Shown: positions 1 to 8,650 of the stretch, in pieces | Position numbering within the stretch: position 1 is the stretch's first letter | Layout: the number at the start of each line of letters is the position of its first letter | Virus record (IMG/VR): IMGVR_UViG_3300027365_000009 | Span: 32,001-96,000 of that record | Direction: 5' to 3' (one strand) | Length of the DNA: 64,000 nucleotides | DNA from: a virus | The notes under the pieces: generated by a model | What the model was told of the DNA's origin: nothing | Databases searched by the model: none | The model's input: only the letters and a program-made list of their open reading frames with translations | Made by a program: the position numbers and the translations under genes

Positions 1-1
1 T

Positions 2-1318
2 GGGATTACGGTTGATACCGAATACACCCCTTCATCGGCATTGTTGACTTGGGTGGAAGGGTCCAATTGGACCGTGGATTACTTCTCCCAAGTGTTGGGA
101 AGTGATAGTGAGCCAACCCCCCAGGACATCAACCGCGACCCCATCTACCAGCAGTACAAACGGATTAAGGGGATGGACCTTAAGGTCACCTCCCCGCTGA
201 CATTCACCCAAGACCCTCAGCTCCGTCATATGGAGGTGCGGGGGTCGGGCATTACCTACCCCTTCCTGGTCCCTAACAAAGGCGACATGTTTGTGGCCGA
301 TGTCGGTGACGGTCGGGTAGGGGTATTCACAGTGACCGAGGCGGTGCGCTCCACGATTCTACGTGATAGCGTCTACACTGTCGAATACATCATGGTCGCA
401 GAGCTTGACCAGGCCCGTCTTAAAGACCTGGAACGCAAGACCATTGAGACGTATCACTACTCTCAGGATTCTTTAATCCGGGGATGTGGTCCGTTTGTTA
501 CTGAGCAGGAGAAAACCCGTTCGAGTCGGTACCTGGAACTTCGACAGGAGCTGATTTCTCGGTACCTGACGGATTTCTTGAGTCAGGAACACTCAACACT
601 GCTGGTACCTGACCAACTACGAAAAACGTATGACCATTTCGTCACGAAGGCGGTATTGGCGTTGGTGGGTACTCAGGACGATATGCGTGTACGGCGTATC
701 CGTGAACTCAATGTCACTGCCGAGCCCGTAATGTCACAACCCACTTTTTGGGATGCGCTTTTACGGCTTGACGATTCACGTCTGTACGGGGTATCGCAGA
801 AGGCGACGTGTCTTTCGACGAACTACTTCAAAGGACGACCGACGCTTCAAGCCATCGGGTATACCGGCATTCCTCGTCTGGTGTATCCCATGGATGCCCC
901 AACAGATGTTGACTCCCAATACGACAGTGAAGACGTTTCCGTTCCAGAAGGCATCCCATTCCGTGAAGGGCGTCCACGCCGTCCTTTATCTGGCACCCAC
1001 AGAAGTCAATCCGAAAGAAACTTGATCTTCTTTCAGACCACCCCAATGAGCTATGGTTTAGAGCCATGGAAGATCCCAGCCGACATTCATCCGGTGGTCA
1101 AGGACGAATATTACGCACTGTCCGGTGCCTTTTATAGCGACAAAAAGGACTACCAGTCGAAGCTCGAACAGCTGATCTGGCAAGCCCTTCGTAATGAGGC
1201 ATTGAACCTCGACCAGTTAGATGCGGTGGTCGAACGTTGTCGGGATTGGGATAACCTCGAGCGCTTCTACTATCATCCGATATTGTTTGCTCTACTTCAG
1301 TTAGGTCGTCAACAATAA
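2..1318 (+). CDS. Virion structural protein, phiKZ gp99-like position (5' truncated by window edge)
   Basis: Frame is open from position 2 (GITVDTEY...LLTWVEGSNWTVDYFSQ); motifs PNKGDMFVADVGDG and LERFYYHP resemble phiKZ-like structural proteins; synteny. Confidence 0.6.
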   Translation, partial: GITVDTEYTPSSALLTWVEGSNWTVDYFSQVLGSDSEPTPQDINRDPIYQQYKRIKGMDLKVTSPLTFTQDPQLRHMEVRGSGITYPFLVPNKGDMFVADVGDGRVGVFTVTEAVRSTILRDSVYTVEYIMVAELDQARLKDLERKTIETYHYSQDSLIRGCGPFVTEQEKTRSSRYLELRQELISRYLTDFLSQEHSTLLVPDQLRKTYDHFVTKAVLALVGTQDDMRVRRIRELNVTAEPVMSQPTFWDALLRLDDSRLYGVSQKATCLSTNYFKGRPTLQAIGYTGIPRLVYPMDAPTDVDSQYDSEDVSVPEGIPFREGRPRRPLSGTHRSQSERNLIFFQTTPMSYGLEPWKIPADIHPVVKDEYYALSGAFYSDKKDYQSKLEQLIWQALRNEALNLDQLDAVVERCRDWDNLERFYYHPILFALLQLGRQQ

Positions 1319-1327
1319 GGAGGTACC

Positions 1328-1909
1328 ATGTCAGAGAAGAAACATACGGCCGCATGGCGACTTTTCCATATCAAGTACGCCGTTAGGGTTCCTCAACTGT
1401 TCATGTACGGGAAGCCGTATCTCGAAAAACATGGCTACCACGTATCGGGCGATCATGGTCTTGATAATGACCGGTTGATGGAATCGACGGTGGTGCGTCA
1501 AACGGCAGCCGGTCTTGCGATCCTTCATGAGGAAGGGGCACCGATTGACATTGTCGATATTCGGGACAGTGTGACGATCTATGACGACATCCAAGAACAC
1601 CTGAGGGACTGGGAGCGTCTTTCTCGTAACGGCGCGCACCCAGGCGACTTCCCCCCATTAGAAGATTTCCGAATGCTGGAGGCGGTTGCCATGGCGCTAC
1701 ACGAAACCGCTAAACATTACGAACCCAACGAAGTGACAGACAACGGACTTCGGGATCGGTTGATGAACATGAACCGTCGCCGTAATCCGGTTCGTACCGA
1801 GCGTTACTTACGCAACCGTATCGTCAATGATCAGGGTGAGCTCAAGCCTTATGTGTCCATCGTGGATCGAATTGAGGAGCGGTTAGTGGGAGGCCAGACA
1901 TGGCTGTAG
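1328..1909 (+). CDS. Conserved jumbo-phage hypothetical protein (gp100-like position)
   Basis: 193 aa ORF, AAGGAGG RBS, overlaps the next gene. Confidence 0.6.
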   Translation: MSEKKHTAAWRLFHIKYAVRVPQLFMYGKPYLEKHGYHVSGDHGLDNDRLMESTVVRQTAAGLAILHEEGAPIDIVDIRDSVTIYDDIQEHLRDWERLSRNGAHPGDFPPLEDFRMLEAVAMALHETAKHYEPNEVTDNGLRDRLMNMNRRRNPVRTERYLRNRIVNDQGELKPYVSIVDRIEERLVGGQTWL

Positions 1910-3249
1910 ACAGCACACTGCTCATGCGGGAAGTGGAGGCAATCACTCAGAGCGGTCAGGGTGTCAGTCACTACCGTGTCGAATGTCGGATTAAAGCCGG
2001 GGATGAATGGATCTCCCCCACCCGTTTGGACTTGTATTCTCTGGAACGGGATTATGAGGACAGTTATGGTGACGTACTGGTGCTGGAGTTCATCACCGGT
2101 CTTGGGACGTACGCTTACCGTTTAGTCCCCAACCGGGATCAACTGCGTGTCGAGGTGACATCGACACCACTGCATGAGACATCCGGTGCCCAGCGCAGCG
2201 ACTTACCACGACGTACCCGTTCTTACCGGGGAATATTAATGGACCAGGATAACCCGGGTCTGGTGGGTCGTTCGCCGCAGTCGTCCTCAGAAGAGGACCT
2301 TAACCTAACCGCTCCCAAACGGGTGGAGCTCCAATTGGTGGATGAGGGGCTCTACCAATCACGCATGATCACCATTGGTCGATTGTACCGTAGTCTTCGT
2401 CCAATGGATGCCTTGAAATCACTGTTTACAGAAACCACTCAGCTGGTGGATGGAAATAACCAACAGCAGATCCAAGGGGTGGAGATCGCCGAGGGGTATA
2501 ACCAGACTCAGCGTCAACATGTTATCCTTCCCCACGGCACGCCCCTCTTCCAGGTACCTGATATCCTTCAGACTGACCAGGGCGGGCTGTACAGCGCCGG
2601 GATTTCTTGCTACTTACAAAATAAAATCTGGCATGTGTTTCCACCATACAACACACAACGCTTCAGTCAGGCCAAACGTACATTAACTATTCTCAACATT
2701 CCCCCTAATCGGTACTACGGGGCGGAGAGAACGTATCGTAAAACCGAGAAGCAAATAGTGATTGTCACTGCTGGAGAAATGGACACCCGAGATACCGCAC
2801 GTTATGAGCAACTCAATGACGGTAACGCGGTACGATTTACCGACGCTCGGAAGTTGTTGACCTTTGGCGAGACACAGCAGAATAAAACCCAGCTGCGACG
2901 CCAGGATAATGTGTTTGAGTTCGAAGGACCGAAAATGGACGGTGGGATGAGTAACGCCCGCTGGTCAAAACAACGTGCCACGGCCAACCCATTTCCACAA
3001 TATACCCAGATGGCACATCGCAACGGACGGTATCTGATGGTAGAATGGATGCATGGGGATGCCAGTCTGTTAACCCCAGGCATGCCGGTTAAATTCATGG
3101 GGGCAGTAAACGATAAGTTGTCCGTGTTTTACGGTGTACTATTAGGTGTCCACGAACAGCGCATTCCTAAAGAGGGGGGTAGTGTGGCTTCTCAATACCC
3201 CGCAAGTATCCGACTTAAAGTGTTTTTAAGTCGGGAACAGGGAGTGTGA
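1900..3249 (+). CDS. Virion structural protein, gp101-like (possible baseplate component)
   Basis: 449 aa ORF, GGAGG RBS, synteny. Confidence 0.55.
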   Translation: MAVDSTLLMREVEAITQSGQGVSHYRVECRIKAGDEWISPTRLDLYSLERDYEDSYGDVLVLEFITGLGTYAYRLVPNRDQLRVEVTSTPLHETSGAQRSDLPRRTRSYRGILMDQDNPGLVGRSPQSSSEEDLNLTAPKRVELQLVDEGLYQSRMITIGRLYRSLRPMDALKSLFTETTQLVDGNNQQQIQGVEIAEGYNQTQRQHVILPHGTPLFQVPDILQTDQGGLYSAGISCYLQNKIWHVFPPYNTQRFSQAKRTLTILNIPPNRYYGAERTYRKTEKQIVIVTAGEMDTRDTARYEQLNDGNAVRFTDARKLLTFGETQQNKTQLRRQDNVFEFEGPKMDGGMSNARWSKQRATANPFPQYTQMAHRNGRYLMVEWMHGDASLLTPGMPVKFMGAVNDKLSVFYGVLLGVHEQRIPKEGGSVASQYPASIRLKVFLSREQGV

Positions 3250-3260
3250 ATGGTAGTTTT

Positions 3261-3276
3261 TTGACATCTACATTAT
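3261..3276 (+). promoter_or_regulatory. Putative early (virion RNAP) promoter TTGACATCTACATTAT
   Basis: Identical 16-mer at 15330 and near-identical copy at 40053; resembles the phiKZ early TATATTAC-type motif. Confidence 0.6.
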
Positions 3277-3334
3277 CCTCTTGATACAGGCTGCGATGAG
3301 GCAGCCTTCTTTTTCTACGTGGGAGGATAATAAC

Positions 3335-3721
3335 ATGACACTGTATTTTGCTATTGACCGAGAATGGTCCATGTTGTGGTTTAGCCTAATCCACGAGGAA
3401 GTGGATTTAGGTGACCCGGATTGTATCGAGACTCTGTATGAGATGACAACGCATTTTATTCATTTGGCGTTACGTCATCCTAACCGGTGGGGACCAGATA
3501 CACTCCCACAGGTCGCGACAGATGTGATGGAAATTTACGGAAGTTTGGATTTTCCTATCGGAATTTTCCTATCGGAATGGAAATCGCTTTTAGGACTCAT
3601 TGAGTGGGTTCTACTGCCGTACTATACCGCGCAGGATTTATGGGTAGATGATCTAACCCCAGTGATTGACACAATGGGGCGTTTATCGGGAGTCTGTCTA
3701 CACATTAACAACTTGAGCTGA
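3335..3721 (+). CDS. Hypothetical protein
   Basis: GGAGGA RBS before ATG 3335 (the track's TTG start at 3281 is less likely). Confidence 0.65.
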   Translation: MTLYFAIDREWSMLWFSLIHEEVDLGDPDCIETLYEMTTHFIHLALRHPNRWGPDTLPQVATDVMEIYGSLDFPIGIFLSEWKSLLGLIEWVLLPYYTAQDLWVDDLTPVIDTMGRLSGVCLHINNLS

Positions 3722-3728
3722 AGGAACT

Positions 3729-4478
3729 ATGTTTCATCCACATGTTTATTTAAATACACTATGCCAGTGGGCCGGGCATAAAGCCAAAGATACTGCATTG
3801 TTTCCGGATGGGCCATCGGCCAAAGAATCGCTCCATCACCATCGCAGTCTTCGGCTAATTAAGGCATTACTGATCAAACGTCCCATTCACCACCCGGTCG
3901 ATATTGGAGGACATTATCACAGCAAAATGTTACCGATTCTCCAAGAGTTACGGAATGGACGTGTGGTTTCTTTGCCTAAGCTTTGGACGTACCGGGAAGC
4001 CGAAGCGTGGTTAATGACCGAAGACCGATCTTATTTAGACACACCTGATCTGGTTACGGACATTCAGCTTGGTGGTGCTGGTGTTTCTCGTCACGCTATC
4101 CCTACCTTTGGGGTCAATGGTGCCAATACCTCACCGCGACACACTCGGGTACTGCAATACTTCTTTGATTACTTTGGGGTTCGACGTACTCTAGCGTTTT
4201 CTCAGCGCGGGATTCTAAAACGCCTAGTTCAAGAAGTGGCCGCTACACGCGAGACGGACCTTGATGGAATGTTTCAAACGGAGAATTTCCAACTGTCCAT
4301 CAATGTAATGGTGGTCAACTATCTACTGGCCTCCACACCGATGCTATATTCACCTGACATTTTGGTCGATATTGTGTTGGATGAATATTTTACCCCCCTA
4401 CCGCTAACACAGCGCGAAGTATTATTACAAGCCCTACACTCCACGACGCTAAGGAACTGTCATGACGTCGATGCTTGA
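3729..4478 (+). CDS. Hypothetical protein
   Basis: 249 aa, AAGGA RBS. Confidence 0.7.
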   Translation: MFHPHVYLNTLCQWAGHKAKDTALFPDGPSAKESLHHHRSLRLIKALLIKRPIHHPVDIGGHYHSKMLPILQELRNGRVVSLPKLWTYREAEAWLMTEDRSYLDTPDLVTDIQLGGAGVSRHAIPTFGVNGANTSPRHTRVLQYFFDYFGVRRTLAFSQRGILKRLVQEVAATRETDLDGMFQTENFQLSINVMVVNYLLASTPMLYSPDILVDIVLDEYFTPLPLTQREVLLQALHSTTLRNCHDVDA

Positions 4479-5319
4479 CCCGACCGTGTTCACTGCTGAT
4501 GTTCAAGCGTATGATACCAATGAGAACCCAACCCTTACGGTGATGTCGCAACCGGTATCCCGTCAGAAGCTGCTAAAGCGTATTAAGATGGCTTGGGGAG
4601 ACTCCGCCCACACTACTTTCCGCCAGTTAATTGATGACGTGTTCAAGGGGTTTGTGTACGATCGGGACTACCCGCGTCAGTTGTGTCTGGATTACGACAA
4701 TAATGTGGTCTGGGCATTTTGTTATAAGCGCCCGAAGCGTCAAGACCCCTCTGGCAACTCCCTGGTCAAGACCGTCATTCAGCTGCCACCAACTTTAACC
4801 TTGGATACGTTGGGGATAGAGGGTGATGTCCCTTGGCTGGCCCTCACCGAGATCCACCAGACGGTTTCAGATCAGAGTGATGTCCTCGGTAGTCGTACCC
4901 CGCTATTGGGGGTGGGGGACTTCAGCCAGGACTTTGTACGCTCTGGTACTGTCCATCAGCATGTGGTGTCTGTTGGGGAAGCCAACAACGAGGCGACCTA
5001 CATCAACTTAGACCTTCGTTGGCTGTTGGCCTCAGGGGAGGCAGAGGTCAATGATGGGGAAATTGCTCAACAAGTAAGTCGTCGCGACTTCTATTATACC
5101 CTCAAAGGCCAGTATCGGGTCTCGACGGACTACCTTACCTTGATCGAACGATATTTAAAAGCACTTGGCGTGACGCCCTACTATCAAATGCTTAGGACGG
5201 ATACCCAACATAACTTTGCATTGCGCTACACCCTGGACGTCAAGCTCGACGATGAGCATTGCTGGCCAGTGCATGGCGGGTTGTTCCTGGCGTGTCGTCG
5301 CCGCAAAGATTTACAGTAA
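4462..5319 (+). CDS. Hypothetical protein
   Basis: 285 aa, AAGGA RBS, followed by a hairpin. Confidence 0.7.
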   Translation: MTSMLDPTVFTADVQAYDTNENPTLTVMSQPVSRQKLLKRIKMAWGDSAHTTFRQLIDDVFKGFVYDRDYPRQLCLDYDNNVVWAFCYKRPKRQDPSGNSLVKTVIQLPPTLTLDTLGIEGDVPWLALTEIHQTVSDQSDVLGSRTPLLGVGDFSQDFVRSGTVHQHVVSVGEANNEATYINLDLRWLLASGEAEVNDGEIAQQVSRRDFYYTLKGQYRVSTDYLTLIERYLKALGVTPYYQMLRTDTQHNFALRYTLDVKLDDEHCWPVHGGLFLACRRRKDLQ

Positions 5320-5360
5320 GGCATAATGTTACAGGGTCCGCTTCGGACCCTGGTTATGTC
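5320..5360 (+). terminator. Stem-loop terminator
   Basis: CAGGGTCCG/CGGACCCTG stem inside a GGCATAA...TTATGTC outer stem. Confidence 0.6.
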
Positions 5361-5375
5361 GCGATCCCATTTTCC

Positions 5376-5391
5376 TTAAGACCTATATCAC
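5376..5391 (+). promoter_or_regulatory. Putative early promoter TTAAGACCTATATCAC
   Basis: Exact repeat at 6918; TATATCAC resembles the phiKZ early promoter core. Confidence 0.7.
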
Positions 5392-5419
5392 TCTCATGCA
5401 AACCCAAAGGAGCACAACA

Positions 5420-5533
5420 ATGCGGTTTATCAAGAAGCTGTACAAGCACCGTCCTCGTGGCCGCCAATGGCGTCGTCTGTGGGCGTACCGTGTGATGCTT
5501 GTGGCAACAAAACGAGAAATGAAAGAAGAATAG
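5420..5533 (+). CDS. Small basic protein, 37 aa (not in the ORF track)
   Basis: AAGGAG RBS right after the promoter; MRFIKKLYKHRPRGRQWRRLWAYRVMLVATKREMKEE. Confidence 0.6.
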   Translation: MRFIKKLYKHRPRGRQWRRLWAYRVMLVATKREMKEE

Positions 5534-5543
5534 GAGGTGATCC

Positions 5544-5948
5544 ATGGGTGGTGTCATTGCGTTACTTCTCCTCATCCTACTCTTTGCCGGTGCTATCGGC
5601 TTGTGGATGAAGATCCTTGATGCGTTACGGGGAAAACGTCCTACCCCTCGAAAACGCCCGCAGGGGCCGTCTGAGGGGCCGTCCTACCATCTCCGTACCT
5701 TCGTCCAGGCACTAGAGAACGAAGGCTATATGGGCCATGTGGCGCTCTCAGAGGGGGATATGGAGTATGTAGACGACCCGGTGTTGTCCAACATGCTTAC
5801 CATCATTGCCAGAGAACGTGATTTGCAGTGGGCGCTCCCGCCTCTGCGCCTCAGGTTGAAAGCAACTCCCCAGAGTGCCCCGGAAGCATTCAAAAGCAAG
5901 TACCGGTGGGTGGTCATGACCCCCACTCACGCCATTGGCTATAAATAA
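5544..5948 (+). CDS. Membrane-anchored hypothetical protein
   Basis: AGGAGG RBS; N-terminal hydrophobic helix. Confidence 0.7.
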   Translation: MGGVIALLLLILLFAGAIGLWMKILDALRGKRPTPRKRPQGPSEGPSYHLRTFVQALENEGYMGHVALSEGDMEYVDDPVLSNMLTIIARERDLQWALPPLRLRLKATPQSAPEAFKSKYRWVVMTPTHAIGYK

Positions 5949-5975
5949 CCGAAAGAACCATAACGGAGAACGACC

Positions 5976-6599
5976 ATGACCCTTATCGTTGTTGATCAAT
6001 TCCGCACCACTGCCGATTCCTACGCCGTGGAACATAAAGGCGGTACCCAAACCATTCACAAGGATTTTCCTAAGGTCCTGAGGATGGTGATGCCTATCCA
6101 CTATACCCAAGTGGGATACGAATCTCACCGCACAGTGGCGTACTGTGGAAACGCCCAAACGTTCGTGCACTTCTGGCGGGAAGTTGTCGATGCCCAAACC
6201 CGCGATGGTATCATTGACGAGCACGACCTCGAACTGATTGCCAGCCAAATTCAGGGCGATCCCTGCCAGGTGATCATTCCGTTCAGCAACGCCGTCTTGA
6301 CACTACTCGTGGGACGAGAACGTCCCCAAGTGGAGTGGCGGGAAGGTCCCATCCATGCATTTGGGAGTGGTTACGTAGAACCTGCTCATGTAGTAAACGA
6401 GTACCGTAGCTGGTACTCGATCTTCTTTGACGCATTGGACGCTGGGAAGATTGCCGGTACGGATATCCACTTTCTTTCACACCAGGGCGAAGAGAAGGAA
6501 GCCATTCAGGACAGCCTGAAACCGGAATCCACGGTGAAACGCGTTCGACGCCGGATGCCGTGGCGTCAGCGGGTGAGTAAGAAAGCCAAACATTCGTAG
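5976..6599 (+). CDS. Putative Ntn-hydrolase (HslV/proteasome beta-like) fold protein
   Basis: Starts MT-hydrophobic...ADS and has a later AFGSG motif. Confidence 0.4.
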   Translation: MTLIVVDQFRTTADSYAVEHKGGTQTIHKDFPKVLRMVMPIHYTQVGYESHRTVAYCGNAQTFVHFWREVVDAQTRDGIIDEHDLELIASQIQGDPCQVIIPFSNAVLTLLVGRERPQVEWREGPIHAFGSGYVEPAHVVNEYRSWYSIFFDALDAGKIAGTDIHFLSHQGEEKEAIQDSLKPESTVKRVRRRMPWRQRVSKKAKHS

Positions 6600-6614
6600 A
6601 TGTAGGAGAATCTC

Positions 6615-6890
6615 ATGAAAAAGAAAACCGTTAAGGACCCTGTATTGAGTTCAATCCTCTCCGGAAACGGGCGTGATGAACTTACACCACAGTCCGACAA
6701 TGAACTGGATCGGGCCACGTGTGGCGAAGAAAAGTGCGAGTGTTGTAGTTATAATGAAGCATTACTCTCCTCACTTATTTCAGCAGTTCAACACAACGTC
6801 GAGTTAATCAACAAAATGAGTTCTCAGTTGGAGGATATCAATATCCAGCAACAGAGGCTAATGAACATGATCGACGACATTACGCGTTAA
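6615..6890 (+). CDS. Hypothetical protein with Cys cluster and coiled coil
   Basis: AGGAG RBS; CGEEKCECC. Confidence 0.6.
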   Translation: MKKKTVKDPVLSSILSGNGRDELTPQSDNELDRATCGEEKCECCSYNEALLSSLISAVQHNVELINKMSSQLEDINIQQQRLMNMIDDITR

Positions 6891-6917
6891 TAGCGGAATG
6901 CCTAGAATCAAACCAAA

Positions 6918-6933
6918 TTAAGACCTATATCAC
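6918..6933 (+). promoter_or_regulatory. Putative early promoter TTAAGACCTATATCAC
   Basis: Second exact copy of the motif. Confidence 0.7.
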
Positions 6934-6993
6934 AGACATGAAGCCAACCACATAAACGGCTTCTTATACAAACGAAAGAATGGAGCTTTTATA

Positions 6994-7203
6994 ATGAGCA
7001 ACGAAAACACCAGCCAGCAGAACACCAATGACCCGAGCAAGAAAACCGGCTTCTGGAAGAAGCATGGCAAGAAAGTTATGATCGGTGCTGGCGCCGTTGC
7101 TGTTGGCGTTGCTGGAGGTGCTATTTATTATGCCTGCCGCAGTGTAGGTGTTGATGCCGCTGAAGCGATCAGCGACATCAAAGACGCCGCTACTGGCGAA
7201 TAG
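6994..7203 (+). CDS. Small single-pass membrane protein
   Basis: Lys-rich segment followed by a Gly/Ala/Val-rich helix. Confidence 0.7.
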   Translation: MSNENTSQQNTNDPSKKTGFWKKHGKKVMIGAGAVAVGVAGGAIYYACRSVGVDAAEAISDIKDAATGE

Positions 7204-7338
7204 TAATGACCTGGAGGGCTAAAATGAGCGCCCTCTAACCTACCCTGGACAGGCCAGGGAGCAGAAGCAAGACCCGGGAGTGGGTAACTACTCCCTCTAT
7301 TGTAGTAAACCAAAAAATCGAAAGAACGGAGAACTACC

Positions 7339-7506
7339 ATGGCCAAGACCAACATGAAGTCCAAGTTCAAGCGTGCCTACAACACCACCAAACGTTTCGG
7401 ACATGAAACGCTGGACGCCACCGCCATCGGTGGAATGGCAGGTACCGCATTGGGTGTCCTGGGTGGGTTGACTTATGTTGCCGTCAACCTGTACACCAAA
7501 AAGTAA
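7339..7506 (+). CDS. Small single-pass membrane protein, 55 aa (not in the ORF track)
   Basis: GGAG RBS; MAKTNMKSKFKRAY...IGGMAGTALGVLGGLTYVAVNLYTKK. Confidence 0.7.
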   Translation: MAKTNMKSKFKRAYNTTKRFGHETLDATAIGGMAGTALGVLGGLTYVAVNLYTKK

Positions 7507-7546
7507 TCGTCATCACTAAAACGAAAGAACCATAAGGAGTTACACC

Positions 7547-7714
7547 ATGTTCACCAAGACCACCGATTTTCAGCAAGACGACAGCAAGAAAAAGAAGGCT
7601 GTCAAAGTAGCTGGTAAAGTATTCAAGGGTGCCGTGGGTGTCGGTACCTGTGTGGGCATGACCCTGCTCGGGGTCGCCACTGCTAAGATGATCGTTGACG
7701 TCAACAACAGTTAA
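7547..7714 (+). CDS. Small single-pass membrane protein, 55 aa (not in the ORF track)
   Basis: AAGGAG RBS; MFTKTTDFQQDDSKKKKAVKVAGKVFKGAVGVGTCVGMTLLGVATAKMIVDVNNS. Confidence 0.7.
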   Translation: MFTKTTDFQQDDSKKKKAVKVAGKVFKGAVGVGTCVGMTLLGVATAKMIVDVNNS

Positions 7715-7722
7715 CGGTCATC

Positions 7723-7756
7723 AAAGGGACGTCGCATTGACGTCCCTTTATTTTTT
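7723..7756 (+). terminator. Rho-independent terminator
   Basis: AAAGGGACGTC/GACGTCCCTTT stem plus T-run. Confidence 0.8.
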
Positions 7757-7779
7757 GTCTTCACTGAGGTTTCTTCTCA

Positions 7780-8226
7780 ATGATCATTGGATCAGTATAT
7801 GCCGGAGATATCTTTGCTACTGGAATGCAAACGATCACATGTCCTACCAACTGCGTCGGTGTCATGGGGAAAGGATTAGCAAAGACAACAAAAGAACGCT
7901 ATCCTAACGTATGGCGGGTTTATCGGCGCGCTTTTGAAGAAGGAGGATTACATCCTCACCGCCCACTTATCGCTACGGCATACCCTGGTCGCCAGGTTTT
8001 ATGTTTTCACACGAAACGACATTGGCGCGATGCGTCAAAGGTAGACGATATTGAGATGGGACTCCGTTACCTCGTCGATAATTATCGGGTAATGTACATT
8101 GATTCGATCGCCATCCCAGCCATTGGGTGTGGGTTGGGCGGCCTTGATTGGGTGACTCAAGTTAAGCCACTTATCTGTCATTACCTTGACCCGATAGACC
8201 TTCCGGTTATGTTATATGAACCATAA
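7780..8226 (+). CDS. Macrodomain ADP-ribose hydrolase (DarG/TARG1-like)
   Basis: GDIF, NCVGVMGKGLA, FHTK.HW and PAIGCGLGGLDW motifs. Confidence 0.88.
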   Translation: MIIGSVYAGDIFATGMQTITCPTNCVGVMGKGLAKTTKERYPNVWRVYRRAFEEGGLHPHRPLIATAYPGRQVLCFHTKRHWRDASKVDDIEMGLRYLVDNYRVMYIDSIAIPAIGCGLGGLDWVTQVKPLICHYLDPIDLPVMLYEP

Positions 8227-8236
8227 GGAGACTCAC

Positions 8237-8512
8237 ATGTATACGACCAAGCGCGATACGGCGAAATATTGGAAAGAACTCCTGATAGGAACAAGCCTCT
8301 TGATATTCCTTTGGTTGGGAAGTGTTGCGTATGGTAAATCCGACACGGTAACAGTGACTGATGTAGTAAATCGTGTCAGTCACGAACGGAACCTAACGGT
8401 AGAAGAACGTTCGCGATTAGCTGAACGGGTATCTGGATGGGTGACCAATAACCCAAACCTCATTAAAACACCGATGGTTGTTTATCATTATTTAGGGGGA
8501 GGTAACCAATAG
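8237..8512 (+). CDS. Hypothetical membrane or exported protein
   Basis: AAGGAG RBS; hydrophobic N-terminal segment. Confidence 0.6.
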   Translation: MYTTKRDTAKYWKELLIGTSLLIFLWLGSVAYGKSDTVTVTDVVNRVSHERNLTVEERSRLAERVSGWVTNNPNLIKTPMVVYHYLGGGNQ

Positions 8513-8553
8513 TATGTCGTAGTGCATCGGTTACCGTGTTACGTCATCACGCT

Positions 8554-8605
8554 ACGGCATACGCCCTCCCCGTTTGGGGAGGGCGTTCTATGCCGTTTTT
8601 TTTTT
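8554..8605. terminator. Terminator between convergent genes
   Basis: CGCCCTCCCC/GGGGAGGGCG stem, ACGGCATA/TATGCCGT outer stem, T-run. Confidence 0.8.
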
Positions 8606-8650
8606 ATTTGTTATCTAAACAAAAACTAGCAAAGGGGACCGCGGTGGTGG

